From IMG/VR virus record IMGVR_UViG_2802429244_000003: DNA of 30,649 nucleotides. One strand, given 5' to 3'. The first letter of the stretch is position 1, and each line of letters begins with the position of its first letter. Positions 10,332 to 19,699 of the stretch are shown piece by piece. Below the pieces are notes generated by a model, which worked only from the letters and a program-made list of their open reading frames with translations, did not search any database and was not told the origin of the DNA. The DNA comes from a virus. Its lineage: Duplodnaviria; Heunggongvirae; Uroviricota; Caudoviricetes. Made by a program: the position numbers and the translations under genes.

Positions 10332-10736
10332 TCAGGACTTTTCCGGCGTCAGCGCCTCATGCTCATCATCCCCGGCATTATCAATGGCCCCCATACCGCT
10401 CAGCGACAGAACCATCTCCGCCCCCGCACCCAGGGCATCATACGACCATGTTGTAATAACGGATGCGCAAAGCGTCTCTACATCCTTAGACTGATCCGCA
10501 TTCCACAGTGAGCGGGAAACCAGCCAGGCATTGATATCCATCCCCATCCGCAGAAAAGCAATCTGTCGTTCAGCCTCCGGCAGTTCTCCCTCCCCGGCAT
10601 CAAACTTTGCCGTTCGCTGCTGAACAAACGCCAGATATTCAATTCTCTGCAGCCCGGACAGCTCACTGAGCACCACGGACTGTTTTTCATAATTAAACGT
10701 GCCCTGTTTCAGAAACATCATATTCTCCACCTGCAA
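10332..10736 (-). CDS. G: Tail assembly chaperone G
   Basis: 134 aa (lambda G is about 140 aa) directly upstream of T and H; ends ...LTPEKS. Confidence 0.85.
   Translation of the reverse strand: MQVENMMFLKQGTFNYEKQSVVLSELSGLQRIEYLAFVQQRTAKFDAGEGELPEAERQIAFLRMGMDINAWLVSRSLWNADQSKDVETLCASVITTWSYDALGAGAEMVLSLSGMGAIDNAGDDEHEALTPEKS
10338..10344 (-). promoter_or_regulatory. Candidate -1 frameshift slippery heptamer GGAAAAG at the 3' end of G
   Basis: Minus-strand sequence ...CCG GAA AAG TCC TGA; the heptamer allows a slip from GAA-AAG to GGA-AAA; lambda uses GGGAAAG at the equivalent place. Confidence 0.5.
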
Positions 10737-10777
10737 AAAACCCCGGATAACCGGGGCAAATGATGAGTATCATCCTG

Positions 10778-11521
10778 TTAACCTGCAGCGCTGACAGCCA
10801 CCGTAGCCACTGCCACAAAATCGCCGTCAGAAGTCATGCCCACAATGCTGACACTGCCCTGCTTCACGCCTTTCACCGTGGCCACAAGTCCGTTCAGGGT
10901 CACAGTGGCTGTCTGTGGATCTGTCGAATGCACACTGATCGCTTTGTCACTGGCTCCGTCAGGTTTTACTGTAAAGGTCAGCGTGGTGGTTGCTCCCACA
11001 TTGACACTGGCGGATGCCGGTGCCACCGTCAGCCCGGTAACGCCCACGGTTTCAGTGCCCTCCTCTGCCAGATATGGACGCCCCACACCGCTGATTTTCA
11101 CGGTGCGGGTCATCACGTCTTTTGAGGCAATGGTTTTACCCAGTGAACTCAGCCAGCCACGGAAAACATCAACAGTACCGTTGGGATATTTGATACGAAA
11201 CGCGCAGACTTCACCGGAGTCGAACAACTGAACCAGTTTTTTCTGCCCGCTGTCACCCGGACGCCAGGCCAGCGTCGCCGAAGTATCACCGACGGATTTC
11301 TGCCCCTGGGTTGTCGTTTTCCAGTCTGCATCTTCATCATCGAGATAAGTGTCATCTTCTGCATCAGCGGTCATTTCGCCAGGTTGCAGATCCTTCACCA
11401 TCGCAAGACGCAGCCAGTCAGTGTCCGATAAAGGGTTCGCAAACGCATCGCCCTTGCCGGTGTACATCCAGAACGTCGTTCCCGCACCTTTCGTTTTTGC
11501 CAGTGGATTTGGTGTGGTCAT
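10778..11521 (-). CDS. V: Major tail protein V with C-terminal Ig-like domain
   Basis: 247 aa from the internal Met (MTTPNPLAKTKGAGTTFWMYTG...), which has a GGAGG Shine-Dalgarno; lambda V is 246 aa; C-terminal Thr/Val-rich Ig-like segment. Confidence 0.9.
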   Translation of the reverse strand: MTTPNPLAKTKGAGTTFWMYTGKGDAFANPLSDTDWLRLAMVKDLQPGEMTADAEDDTYLDDEDADWKTTTQGQKSVGDTSATLAWRPGDSGQKKLVQLFDSGEVCAFRIKYPNGTVDVFRGWLSSLGKTIASKDVMTRTVKISGVGRPYLAEEGTETVGVTGLTVAPASASVNVGATTTLTFTVKPDGASDKAISVHSTDPQTATVTLNGLVATVKGVKQGSVSIVGMTSDGDFVAVATVAVSAAG

Positions 11522-11531
11522 TGCCACCTCC

Positions 11532-11945
11532 TTAATTCGTGTACGTGATCTGGTACGTGATTTCCGCCATCGCCCAGGTGGCCATCTCATTATCACGTTG
11601 ATAGTTAAAACCGAGTGGGTTCAGGGTGTCGATGAGTCCGGAAAGTGCCGGTACATCATTCAGGGCCGGGAAAATGGTGCTCTCCATCCACATATCCAGC
11701 TCTGAATCCGGTGCCTGTGCCCGGATGAAGACGGCAATATGCAGAACAGCCTGCCAGTCATCTTCATCCGTCATTTTTCCGGTGTACTGAGCATCACTCA
11801 GCCACACCGCCACGGCAGGCAGTTCCTGCGCATCAATAAATGCCGGAAGCCCGTCAAAAAACGTGGCGCTGTCTCCACACTGTTCCCGAAGGCGTGCCAG
11901 TACGACCTGGCGGATTTGTGTATGTCGGTTCATCGGGTCAGCCAT
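11532..11945 (-). CDS. U: Tail terminator protein U
   Basis: Contains ATFFDGLPAFIDAQELPAVAVWL...PDSELDMWMES, matching lambda gpU as recalled. The true start may be the Met at 11933, which would overlap the Z stop as ATGA. Confidence 0.85.
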   Translation of the reverse strand: MADPMNRHTQIRQVVLARLREQCGDSATFFDGLPAFIDAQELPAVAVWLSDAQYTGKMTDEDDWQAVLHIAVFIRAQAPDSELDMWMESTIFPALNDVPALSGLIDTLNPLGFNYQRDNEMATWAMAEITYQITYTN

Positions 11946-12520
11946 AACCTCAGTTGTTGTTTCAGTGCATACCCCAGCTGTTTCGGCATTTCCGCAGCAA
12001 TGATGCGGTCGCGGGCATCTTCAAATGCCTGTGTCAGCGGTCCGGACAGCGGGATTTTCACTACCTCCACAGGAAGACGATTTTTTCTTGGCCTGCCCTG
12101 ATGGTCATGCCCTGTTGCAAAACGCGCTTCAGGAAGACGCCTCAGAACATGCCAGCGGCCATTCGCCAGTTGCTGAACAAATGCCCCCCGGAAAAAGTAT
12201 TTTCCCACTCTCAGTCCTTCACCAGCACGCCGCCGTGTTGTGTTCAGTTTGATGGCGGGCAGATTGCCCCGGTTAACGCGGATCCTGGCCGTCATTTTTC
12301 CTGACGGACTGGCTTTAAACACCCGGACACGCTGACGTACCAGTTTCAGGGGGATCCCTTTCACCTGGTTATCTCCCGCAACGGTATTCCCGGCAACCTG
12401 CCGGGTGGCAACCGAGACCGCTTTCTGTGCCACACGGTTTATCGCCCATGCGCTGGCCTGTGGCACCATACGGGTATCAAGGCTGTTCAGATTGCGGATG
12501 GCATTCTCAAGCCCCTTCAT
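11930..12520 (-). CDS. Z: Tail completion protein Z
   Basis: 196 aa (lambda Z is 192 aa) in the syntenic position; GAGG Shine-Dalgarno 6 nt upstream. Confidence 0.85.
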   Translation of the reverse strand: MKGLENAIRNLNSLDTRMVPQASAWAINRVAQKAVSVATRQVAGNTVAGDNQVKGIPLKLVRQRVRVFKASPSGKMTARIRVNRGNLPAIKLNTTRRRAGEGLRVGKYFFRGAFVQQLANGRWHVLRRLPEARFATGHDHQGRPRKNRLPVEVVKIPLSGPLTQAFEDARDRIIAAEMPKQLGYALKQQLRLWLTR

Positions 12521-12531
12521 CCCACACCTCT

Positions 12532-12807
12532 TTACTCAATAAAGATCATTGGCTTACCGTTAAAGCGTTCATGCCGTGTGACCGTCCATTGTTGTCCGTC
12601 ATAAACAACGCGATCCCCGCGCCGTGGGCGGTATCCCGAAGAAAACACCACCAGAGAGACCGCAGGTCCGGACAGAGCATTCAGCTCTGCCAGTGTTTCT
12701 CCCGGGATCACAGTCATATCGACATCATTAATCGAGGCTGTCTTTCCCATCTTTCTGACCGTGATCGCATCCATACGCGCTGCCAGCCGGGAAAAGGGAT
12801 CAGACAT
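12532..12807 (-). CDS. FII: Head-tail joining protein (FII-like)
   Basis: 91-aa ORF between the head genes and Z, the position of lambda FII; start overlaps the 3' end of the upstream gene. Confidence 0.65.
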   Translation of the reverse strand: MSDPFSRLAARMDAITVRKMGKTASINDVDMTVIPGETLAELNALSGPAVSLVVFSSGYRPRRGDRVVYDGQQWTVTRHERFNGKPMIFIE

Positions 12808-13123
12808 TGAGTTTTACCGGCACTTCTTCTGCACTGGTTCCGGCATCTGCCCAGACAACCCCGACCAGCGGATCAGAGCCGCTGTTAGTCAGCTGAACTT
12901 TTCCGGACTTCAGATAAACCTTCTTACCCGTTTTCATGTCATCCGTTTTCAGCTTAGGCAGCATAAACACACCTTCGGTCATGCCGTCGCCTGTTTCACC
13001 CTGTGGAATATCGGTCAGCGCCACCGCAAAAACATCACCCACCTGCACCAGATCTCCGCTGCTGATGGCTGCACTGGCAACAATCGCCACCGTTTTTCCT
13101 TCTTCTACAAAATTCTTTGCCAT
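12800..13123 (-). CDS. DUF2190-like small head protein (possible decoration or cement protein)
   Basis: 107 aa from MAKNFVEEGKTVAIVASAAISSGDLVQVGDVFAVALTDIPQGE...; GGAGA 5 nt upstream of the ATG; sits directly after the capsid gene. Family assignment is from memory of the DUF2190 pattern. Confidence 0.5.
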   Translation of the reverse strand: MAKNFVEEGKTVAIVASAAISSGDLVQVGDVFAVALTDIPQGETGDGMTEGVFMLPKLKTDDMKTGKKVYLKSGKVQLTNSGSDPLVGVVWADAGTSAEEVPVKLNV

Positions 13124-13166
13124 AACTGTCTCCGCACAGCCCCGTTCAGGGGCTGATTTCAGGTAC

Positions 13167-13185
13167 AAAAAAAGCCCTTACGGGC
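13167..13185 (-). terminator. Weak rho-independent terminator after the major capsid gene
   Basis: On the minus strand: GCCC, GTAA loop, GGGC, then TTTTTTT; 25 nt downstream of the capsid stop; a second 7-bp hairpin lies just downstream at about 13136..13154. Confidence 0.45.
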
Positions 13186-13209
13186 CATCAGAGTTGTTGT
13201 CTGCGACGT

Positions 13210-15168
13210 TTACGCCATACATTTCACCAGACCGCGGTGATCAACTGGCGCGACACCGGCGTCAATACGCACTTTCGTTGTCACGCCATCCACACTGAAG
13301 CCCTCCATCTGATCAATATATGGCGTATCCACACCGTTGAGATAAGCCACTTCAATCGTATCGGAGCCTTTTGACGCAGCCAGGTAGAAGGTGGTCTGGC
13401 TGTTATCATCAAGACGAGGCTCTGCAATAACGGTCGCAAAATCTTTCACCGGGTTAATAATACCGGCGTTAATGTCAGCCCCCTTGACACTTGAGGAGCG
13501 AATGACCTGGTTAGCAACAGACTCCATCGCCGTCGGTACCAGTACGAACGCAGGACGAATATTCAGATGACGCTCACCCTCTTTCTGAACGCGCATCAAC
13601 TGGCGGGCTTTATCCAGCGATGCCACGTCCATTGCAGCGCTCTCCAGTACGTTTGCATGTTTCGCTTTATCGAACAGACTTACATTATCTGTGGAGATTT
13701 TCGGGTTAGACGTCAGAATGGCATAAACCAGATCGGCAATAGTGGATTTCGCCGCACGGCCCAGTTTCATCGGGACATCGGTCAGCATATTCAGATCATC
13801 ATTGATAATGGCCTGACGGGTGATACTGAACAGCTCGCCATAGGTCGCCAGTGCAATAGTGGCCTGTTTATCTCCGGTGGTGACGTATTTATATTCCGCC
13901 CCTTCACGCACCTGACGCAGAGCACTGAAGCCCCCCATACCCACACGATGGGCAATTTTAAAATCAGACAACTGACCTTTCCGCGTCCACTGTTCATAGG
14001 TTTCAGGGGCATCTTCCCAGCCCTGCAGAATGGCTTTGTTCGCAACATCCAGCAGAATATTACCGAAGTCAGACGTACTGTGTGTGAACGCCGCACCGAC
14101 CATCTGCATCGGGTTATAACTGGAAACCCCAATACCCCGTTCAGTCAGTGACATACGGGCATATTCACGCAGGGTCATCCCGTTGTAGACATTATCACGT
14201 TCGGTTTTTTCAAATCCGGCACGCGCCATCAGCGCCTGGCGGATCCCGTCCCCCACAAAATTACCGTTACCGGCATAAATATGAGCCGGGGTATTTTTAT
14301 TGGATGGCGTGGACTCGCGCCCCATCTCGTTCAACAGCTTTTCGCGGGCCTGCTCCAGCGAACATTCAGGATCGGCAAGACACTGAGCCTGCAGCGACTG
14401 ATAACGCCCGCCAAACATGGCAAACAGATCATTAATACCGTTTACACGCGCTTTTTGCTCTGCCAGGACCTGCGCACGGATGCTGTTTTCATCCACCACG
14501 GGTGCTGCTGCCTGCACTGGCGTCCGGGAGGCTGCAGGTTCATCATCCTGTACGCGTGGAGCACTGTTGCGTGGCGGAGTAATCATGTTTCGAATGGATT
14601 CCGGCATCTTTTTAAATTCCTCTGTACGTTTTGACTGAATACATGCCATTGCCTTAACGGCTGGCGTTACCTGATCAGCAAATCCATGTGCCAGACATTC
14701 GGCACCGGACATCCAGGTCTCATCCGCCAGCATGGCAGCAATTTCATCGGTGGTTTTCCCGGTTTTCTGTGCATAAGCGGGTAACAGAACCGCCTCAACT
14801 TTATCGAGCAGGTCGGCATAGGTGCGCATGTCCTCCGCATCACCGCCCGTAAAGCCAAATGGTTTATGAATCATCATGAAGGTGTTTTCCGGCATAATGA
14901 CCGGGTTTCCCACCATCGCAATGACCGACGCCATTGACGCCGCCACACCGTCGACATAAACGGTAATGGACGCACCATGTGTTTTCAGCGCATTAAAAAT
15001 GGCGATGCCTTCAAAGACATCGCCACCCGGTGAATTAATATGGAGATTAATGTGGGTGATATCGCCCAGTGCATTCAGATCACTGATAAACTGCTTCGCT
15101 GTAACACCCCAGAAACCAATCTCGTCATAAATATAAATATCCGCGTCACTCTGGTGACCAGCCTGCAT
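13210..15168 (-). CDS. Prohead protease (ClpP/S49-like) fused in frame to scaffold-like linker and major capsid protein
   Basis: N-terminal region carries ClpP/S49-like sequence (INSPGGDVFEGIAIFNALKTHGASITVYVDGVAASMASVIAMVG); a single uninterrupted ORF continues about 450 aa further to the stop. Start placed at MQAGHQSDADIYIYDE, 13 nt after the portal stop. Confidence 0.75.
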   Translation of the reverse strand: MQAGHQSDADIYIYDEIGFWGVTAKQFISDLNALGDITHINLHINSPGGDVFEGIAIFNALKTHGASITVYVDGVAASMASVIAMVGNPVIMPENTFMMIHKPFGFTGGDAEDMRTYADLLDKVEAVLLPAYAQKTGKTTDEIAAMLADETWMSGAECLAHGFADQVTPAVKAMACIQSKRTEEFKKMPESIRNMITPPRNSAPRVQDDEPAASRTPVQAAAPVVDENSIRAQVLAEQKARVNGINDLFAMFGGRYQSLQAQCLADPECSLEQAREKLLNEMGRESTPSNKNTPAHIYAGNGNFVGDGIRQALMARAGFEKTERDNVYNGMTLREYARMSLTERGIGVSSYNPMQMVGAAFTHSTSDFGNILLDVANKAILQGWEDAPETYEQWTRKGQLSDFKIAHRVGMGGFSALRQVREGAEYKYVTTGDKQATIALATYGELFSITRQAIINDDLNMLTDVPMKLGRAAKSTIADLVYAILTSNPKISTDNVSLFDKAKHANVLESAAMDVASLDKARQLMRVQKEGERHLNIRPAFVLVPTAMESVANQVIRSSSVKGADINAGIINPVKDFATVIAEPRLDDNSQTTFYLAASKGSDTIEVAYLNGVDTPYIDQMEGFSVDGVTTKVRIDAGVAPVDHRGLVKCMA

Positions 15169-15181
15169 CCTGAACCAGGAA

Positions 15182-16690
15182 TTATTCTTCGGACTGGTCG
15201 TCGGTGTGCTGCGGCTCCTGTCGTTTCGTTGCGGCACTGCTGCCTCCTTTATCACTGGCCGGATCGGTATCAAATACCAGACCCAGCTTGCGGTTTTCAT
15301 CAATTTCGGCCTTGCGCCGACGTTTGACATCATCCGGATTACGACCACCAGCACGTACCCAGTCTGATTCTGTCGCCGCTCCACCACGAATCTGGATTTT
15401 CCAGGCCTCAGCCTCCTTAACAGGGTCAATCCACGGCATCACTGGTCCGGAATACACCGCGGTATATAGTGAAGAACGGTCAAGATCGCGGGGTAACCTG
15501 ATAACACCGGATGCCACAGCCTGTTTCAGCCATGCACGATACATCGGGCGGGTGACGGCACCAATAAACCAGTCCTGCAGGATCAGGTAGCCATCAGTAG
15601 ACTCAACCAGCTCCTGACGCTGGGCGCTGTAAGTGCCGTTATAGTTGCGCGCTGTACTGGAAAAACTCAGACGACTGCCCGCCGCCACTGCACGCAACTG
15701 ACCATTACGAAAAGTTTCAAGATTAGGATTGGGGCGATCCGACTTCACCATTCCGATTTCTTCGCCGGGTTTCAGATCGTCGTAAATAATGCCTGGCTGA
15801 ATGGTAAGCTCGCGTTCCTTATCCTTGCTGCCATTACCATCCGGTTCATAGCTCTGCCCGTCGCCTTTGCGGATGTACATCCCCAGAGCAGCGGCGATCC
15901 TTGCTGCAGTCAGCTCAGAATCTTCATACTCTTTCAGGGCACTGAGGCGGATCAGTACACCGGACAATAAAGACGTCCCGCGCATCTGGTGCAGACGGCG
16001 AACAAATTTAAGATGCAGCATTCGCTCTGCATCCACTTCTTTGGTTTCCATCTGCCGTCCGGATACAGGACGGCTTTTATACACCAGATATTTTTCGGGA
16101 CGCCCCCAGTCATCAACAAACACGCCCTGATTCAGCCTGTTGCTCTCATCACTGGTCATGGGAATAAAGTCCGGCTCGAGCGCCTCCAGCCAGAAATGAA
16201 CACCGGCAGAAGGCGTCAGGCTGTTTATGCGCCCGGAAACCATCTGGGCAAACACCTCACCATCGCGCAGCCAGGTACGCAGCATCAGACGTTCCAGCAT
16301 CGGACGGGTAAACTGCCCGGTGACTTCCGGACTGACAGACCATTCACTCCATCGGGTGCGTATCTCCGCTGCCAGATCACGGGCAATGGCCCCATTGCGT
16401 AATACCGGATGTGGCTCGACAATAATCCCGTTTTTCCCCACCACCCGTTCTTCCAGCTTGTCAAATACACCAATAACCAGATCGTGGTTGTTATCAAGGT
16501 AACGGGCCTGCTCACGTAACGACACGGCCCCGTACTGGCTTAACTGGTCGGCAGTTCGGTTTTCCCGCCGGGCTTTGTGTGTCCGCGTCGTTTTTACGGC
16601 CTCATAAGCCTGGATCACCGCACGGGAACGCAGCCTTGCCGCTTTCCATCCTGGTGAAAAAACGCCAATCACATCATCAAGAATTGCCAT
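15182..16690 (-). CDS. Portal protein
   Basis: 502 aa from MAILDDVIGVF..., with GAGG Shine-Dalgarno; located between the W-like gene and the protease-capsid gene; its ATG shares a base with the W stop. Confidence 0.85.
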   Translation of the reverse strand: MAILDDVIGVFSPGWKAARLRSRAVIQAYEAVKTTRTHKARRENRTADQLSQYGAVSLREQARYLDNNHDLVIGVFDKLEERVVGKNGIIVEPHPVLRNGAIARDLAAEIRTRWSEWSVSPEVTGQFTRPMLERLMLRTWLRDGEVFAQMVSGRINSLTPSAGVHFWLEALEPDFIPMTSDESNRLNQGVFVDDWGRPEKYLVYKSRPVSGRQMETKEVDAERMLHLKFVRRLHQMRGTSLLSGVLIRLSALKEYEDSELTAARIAAALGMYIRKGDGQSYEPDGNGSKDKERELTIQPGIIYDDLKPGEEIGMVKSDRPNPNLETFRNGQLRAVAAGSRLSFSSTARNYNGTYSAQRQELVESTDGYLILQDWFIGAVTRPMYRAWLKQAVASGVIRLPRDLDRSSLYTAVYSGPVMPWIDPVKEAEAWKIQIRGGAATESDWVRAGGRNPDDVKRRRKAEIDENRKLGLVFDTDPASDKGGSSAATKRQEPQHTDDQSEE

Positions 16691-16902
16691 CAGAACCTCG
16701 CCAGCCGGTACCCGGGATGCCCCCGTCGTCGTGTAATCAGAGCCGCAAGGCGGCGCTCCCACTCCTGCCGCCCCTGCCGGATCTCAGATAAGTTTTCCAT
16801 GGTCATCTGCTGACCATTAAAGGTGACGGATTTTCCGTCCAGCACCGCCATTTCAGCTTCCGTATAACGCTGAATCATGGCTTCGATATCATTCTGGTTC
16901 AT
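16690..16902 (-). CDS. W: Head-tail connector / head completion protein (gpW-like)
   Basis: 70 aa, similar in size to lambda W (68 aa), ending in an RRRG...G motif; start overlaps the terminase large subunit stop as ATGA; GGAGG upstream. Confidence 0.7.
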   Translation of the reverse strand: MNQNDIEAMIQRYTEAEMAVLDGKSVTFNGQQMTMENLSEIRQGRQEWERRLAALITRRRGHPGYRLARF

Positions 16903-18998
16903 AACCATCCTCCGGAAGTCAGCCAGGGGTTAACATCGTCAGTTACTGTTTTCTTCCGTTTTTGTTTTTTAACAGGCGTGGATACCGGTTCCGGTGAGGG
17001 TGACGGTTCGGTACTGTCCGGGACACACTCCAGCCAGGTTTCCCGGCTCGCCCACTCCGGTGCATCCGGCCAGCGGATCTTTTCGTATCCATGCAGAATG
17101 ACCAGAGCCTCGGCATACACCATCAGGTCAAAGGCTTCGTTGGCACCGCGACCCGGCTTACTCCATTTCCCGTCACTGCTCCGCTCTTCATACGTCAGTT
17201 CGTCGTAAAACCAGCTCCCCAGCCAGTCAGGGAAATGCACATAGCCGGGACCTGGCGAGTCACGCCATAACGCGTTATTCACCCGGTCTTTCAGGGCATC
17301 CGTCTGAAGAAGCCAGAGCGGCACATCACCTGCGGCCTGCGCCCGTCGGCCCGTTCGTCCGGTGTTATCAGGGAATGTACGGCTGATCAGTTTTGCGCGC
17401 CGGATGCTGTCGCCCTTAAACAGGTAAATACGTTTACCAAGGCCATCACGACGGCAACGACGCCAGAATTTATAGGCATTATCAGTGACCCCGTCTTCAC
17501 CGCCGGAGTCCACCGCCATTGCCATCAGTCGCATTTGTTGAGAAGGATCGGAGGCCAGCGGCCAGCTTTTATGAAAAACATCCGTCAGCAGGACATCCCA
17601 GTCTTCCGGATAGCTGGCCGGATCAATTCGCTGGCTCTCCCCGTCGCAGTCACTGCGCAATGACTGCGTGATGTTGTAACGATCAATAATCCAGCGTTCG
17701 CCACGACTGCCATAGCCTGTTACCTGAACCACAAAACGGCGATGACGTCCCGCCTGCACATCCACTGTCGCCACAAGGAAATTAACGCCATCCGGCACAC
17801 TGCGGGAAGGAACTGGCTCTGCCCGCTGCTCAAGCAGTTCACTTTTTCGTTGCTCCATGCTGGCACGAGGAAGATAAGGCAATCCCCAGTCGGTGTTGAT
17901 AACCGCCCTGAGTGTTTCTTCGCTTCCTGTCGCTTCATACTCCTGTTCTGCAGTCAGTAATTTGTAAACCAGTTGCGCCCAGGTCTGATACGCAGCAGCT
18001 GGCCCTTCCATCCAGAAACTGGCGATACGGGAGCGGCGCGGTTCACCGGAAACGTTGCCGTTACGATCAATGACCTGACCTTCACGCAACCAGACTCCTG
18101 CACTATTGAGCTCACGCTTTTTCTCCGCAGTGATAATGCCGCTGCAGTGCGGGCAAAGTAGATACGCCGCCTCACTGGCTTTAAAGGGATCCGGTTCATT
18201 ACGGTAACCGGTCATGGCATCCATAGCTGGCTGAAAATATTCACCGCAGTGCGGACATGGCCAGTACCAGCGGCGGCGGTCACCACGATTGTAAAGGGAA
18301 AGAATACCAGTCGTCGGTGGCGCTTCATGAGGCGACTTACGTCGCCATTTGCTGTCGCAGATGTCACGTCCCGGCGAGCTCTCCACCAGAGTCATCCCGG
18401 CGGACATAAATGTGGTGGTACGTTTTGAGGCCAGGGAGAAACCATCACCCTCGCTGTCGATATTCTCCGGAAAACGGTCGTAATCGGTTAAGGCGACAAA
18501 CCGGTAATCCGACGACGACATAATGTTGACCGAGGGCCAACCAATTTTAAGGAACGAGCCATCCCTGAACGTCTTATCATGGACATTATTGTCGTTACGA
18601 CGTGGACTCATTCTTTTCTTTACCGCCGCACTGCTTCTGAACGTTCTGTCGAGGCGCTTTTTAGAATGCTCGCGGGCCTTATCTTCGGTCATCTGCACAA
18701 CGAGCATGTCCGAAGGATCGCAAACGATGGTATAGACAATCCATCCATCGATCAGACCAATGGTCTTCCCTGTTCGCGCAGGACCAACAAAAATCACCGC
18801 ATCGTATTCACGCGATGCCAGGCAGTTCATGGGCTCAATGATGTAGGGTGTCAGTTCAGGATCCCATGGCACCGAGTTACCAGCCCCCTTGGGAACACGC
18901 ATGAATTTTTTAACAGCCTCCGAAATCGGCATGCGACGTGGTGGGGAAAATCCTGCCGATATGTCCCTTCCCAAATTTCGGGCTGATGAAAAACCCAT
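16899..18998 (-). CDS. A: Terminase large subunit (lambda gpA family)
   Basis: 699 aa; Walker A-like GPARTGKT; WYWPCPHCGEYFQ resembles the lambda gpA CPHCGE region; strong AGGAGG Shine-Dalgarno. Confidence 0.95.
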   Translation of the reverse strand: MGFSSARNLGRDISAGFSPPRRMPISEAVKKFMRVPKGAGNSVPWDPELTPYIIEPMNCLASREYDAVIFVGPARTGKTIGLIDGWIVYTIVCDPSDMLVVQMTEDKAREHSKKRLDRTFRSSAAVKKRMSPRRNDNNVHDKTFRDGSFLKIGWPSVNIMSSSDYRFVALTDYDRFPENIDSEGDGFSLASKRTTTFMSAGMTLVESSPGRDICDSKWRRKSPHEAPPTTGILSLYNRGDRRRWYWPCPHCGEYFQPAMDAMTGYRNEPDPFKASEAAYLLCPHCSGIITAEKKRELNSAGVWLREGQVIDRNGNVSGEPRRSRIASFWMEGPAAAYQTWAQLVYKLLTAEQEYEATGSEETLRAVINTDWGLPYLPRASMEQRKSELLEQRAEPVPSRSVPDGVNFLVATVDVQAGRHRRFVVQVTGYGSRGERWIIDRYNITQSLRSDCDGESQRIDPASYPEDWDVLLTDVFHKSWPLASDPSQQMRLMAMAVDSGGEDGVTDNAYKFWRRCRRDGLGKRIYLFKGDSIRRAKLISRTFPDNTGRTGRRAQAAGDVPLWLLQTDALKDRVNNALWRDSPGPGYVHFPDWLGSWFYDELTYEERSSDGKWSKPGRGANEAFDLMVYAEALVILHGYEKIRWPDAPEWASRETWLECVPDSTEPSPSPEPVSTPVKKQKRKKTVTDDVNPWLTSGGWL

Positions 18999-19006
18999 TA
19001 TTCCTC

Positions 19007-19534
19007 CTAGAGACTCTCTCCTTCCTCATCAGGAATTAATTCAGCAGCACAAGCCTCGTAAGATTTTTCCTGAAGAGTGTATCGCAGGTCATCAATGGCC
19101 TGCTGTACAACGCCGACGGCCTGAGGAGTCAGGGCGCAATCGCGTTCAAGAACATCCGGAATTGTCTCCAGAACCTGGACGACAGCCTTTCTCATGGACG
19201 AATAGACGATGACTACTTCATCAACTGGGATGAGTTTTCGCTGCTCCTTTTCCAGCTTGATCCTTTCATTTTCAGACTGGTACCAGTCCTTTCTCTCTTT
19301 CGGCTCCATACGGGATGGATCATGAACAGAGTCTGCTGCCTCATGCTTCACACTAAACAGGGCGGGCCCGACATGCTGCAGGGCGTAAACGGGGTTCCCC
19401 CTGACAGTCGCAGCCACAGGAGTGTTGGCCGCGAGGAGCCGTTTTTTTACTGTGTCCCGGTGAAGCCCAAAGGCCTCGGCGATTTTAAAAACACTCCAGT
19501 AATAAGCATCACCGATCCCGCTCACATTTGACAT
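19007..19534 (-). CDS. Terminase small subunit (Nu1-like, helix-turn-helix DNA binding)
   Basis: Start taken at MSNVSGIGDAYYWSVFKIAEAFGLHRDTVKKRL... with GGAG 6 nt upstream; lies immediately downstream of the cos-like site, as lambda Nu1 does. Confidence 0.8.
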   Translation of the reverse strand: MSNVSGIGDAYYWSVFKIAEAFGLHRDTVKKRLLAANTPVAATVRGNPVYALQHVGPALFSVKHEAADSVHDPSRMEPKERKDWYQSENERIKLEKEQRKLIPVDEVVIVYSSMRKAVVQVLETIPDVLERDCALTPQAVGVVQQAIDDLRYTLQEKSYEACAAELIPDEEGESL

Positions 19535-19699
19535 AAGCAACTCCATCTGGCAGGTGAAAATCAGGTTTATTTATATATTTCAATTAATTGCAAACTGGTC
19601 TAATGACAGGGAGAAAAAAATATTGTACTGGTGAAAAGAGAAATAACTTTTAATTATCAATAAATTACCAAACATGCTGCCGCCGCCATGGAAATGCAA

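Noticed and set aside
12800-13168. Longer 122-aa version of the DUF2190-like gene starting at 13168
   Set aside because: The internal ATG at 13123 has a GGAGA Shine-Dalgarno at ideal spacing, and the extension would run through the terminator-like hairpins; the shorter form is preferred.
15989-16402. 137-aa plus-strand ORF
   Set aside because: Antisense to the portal gene, with no independent signals.
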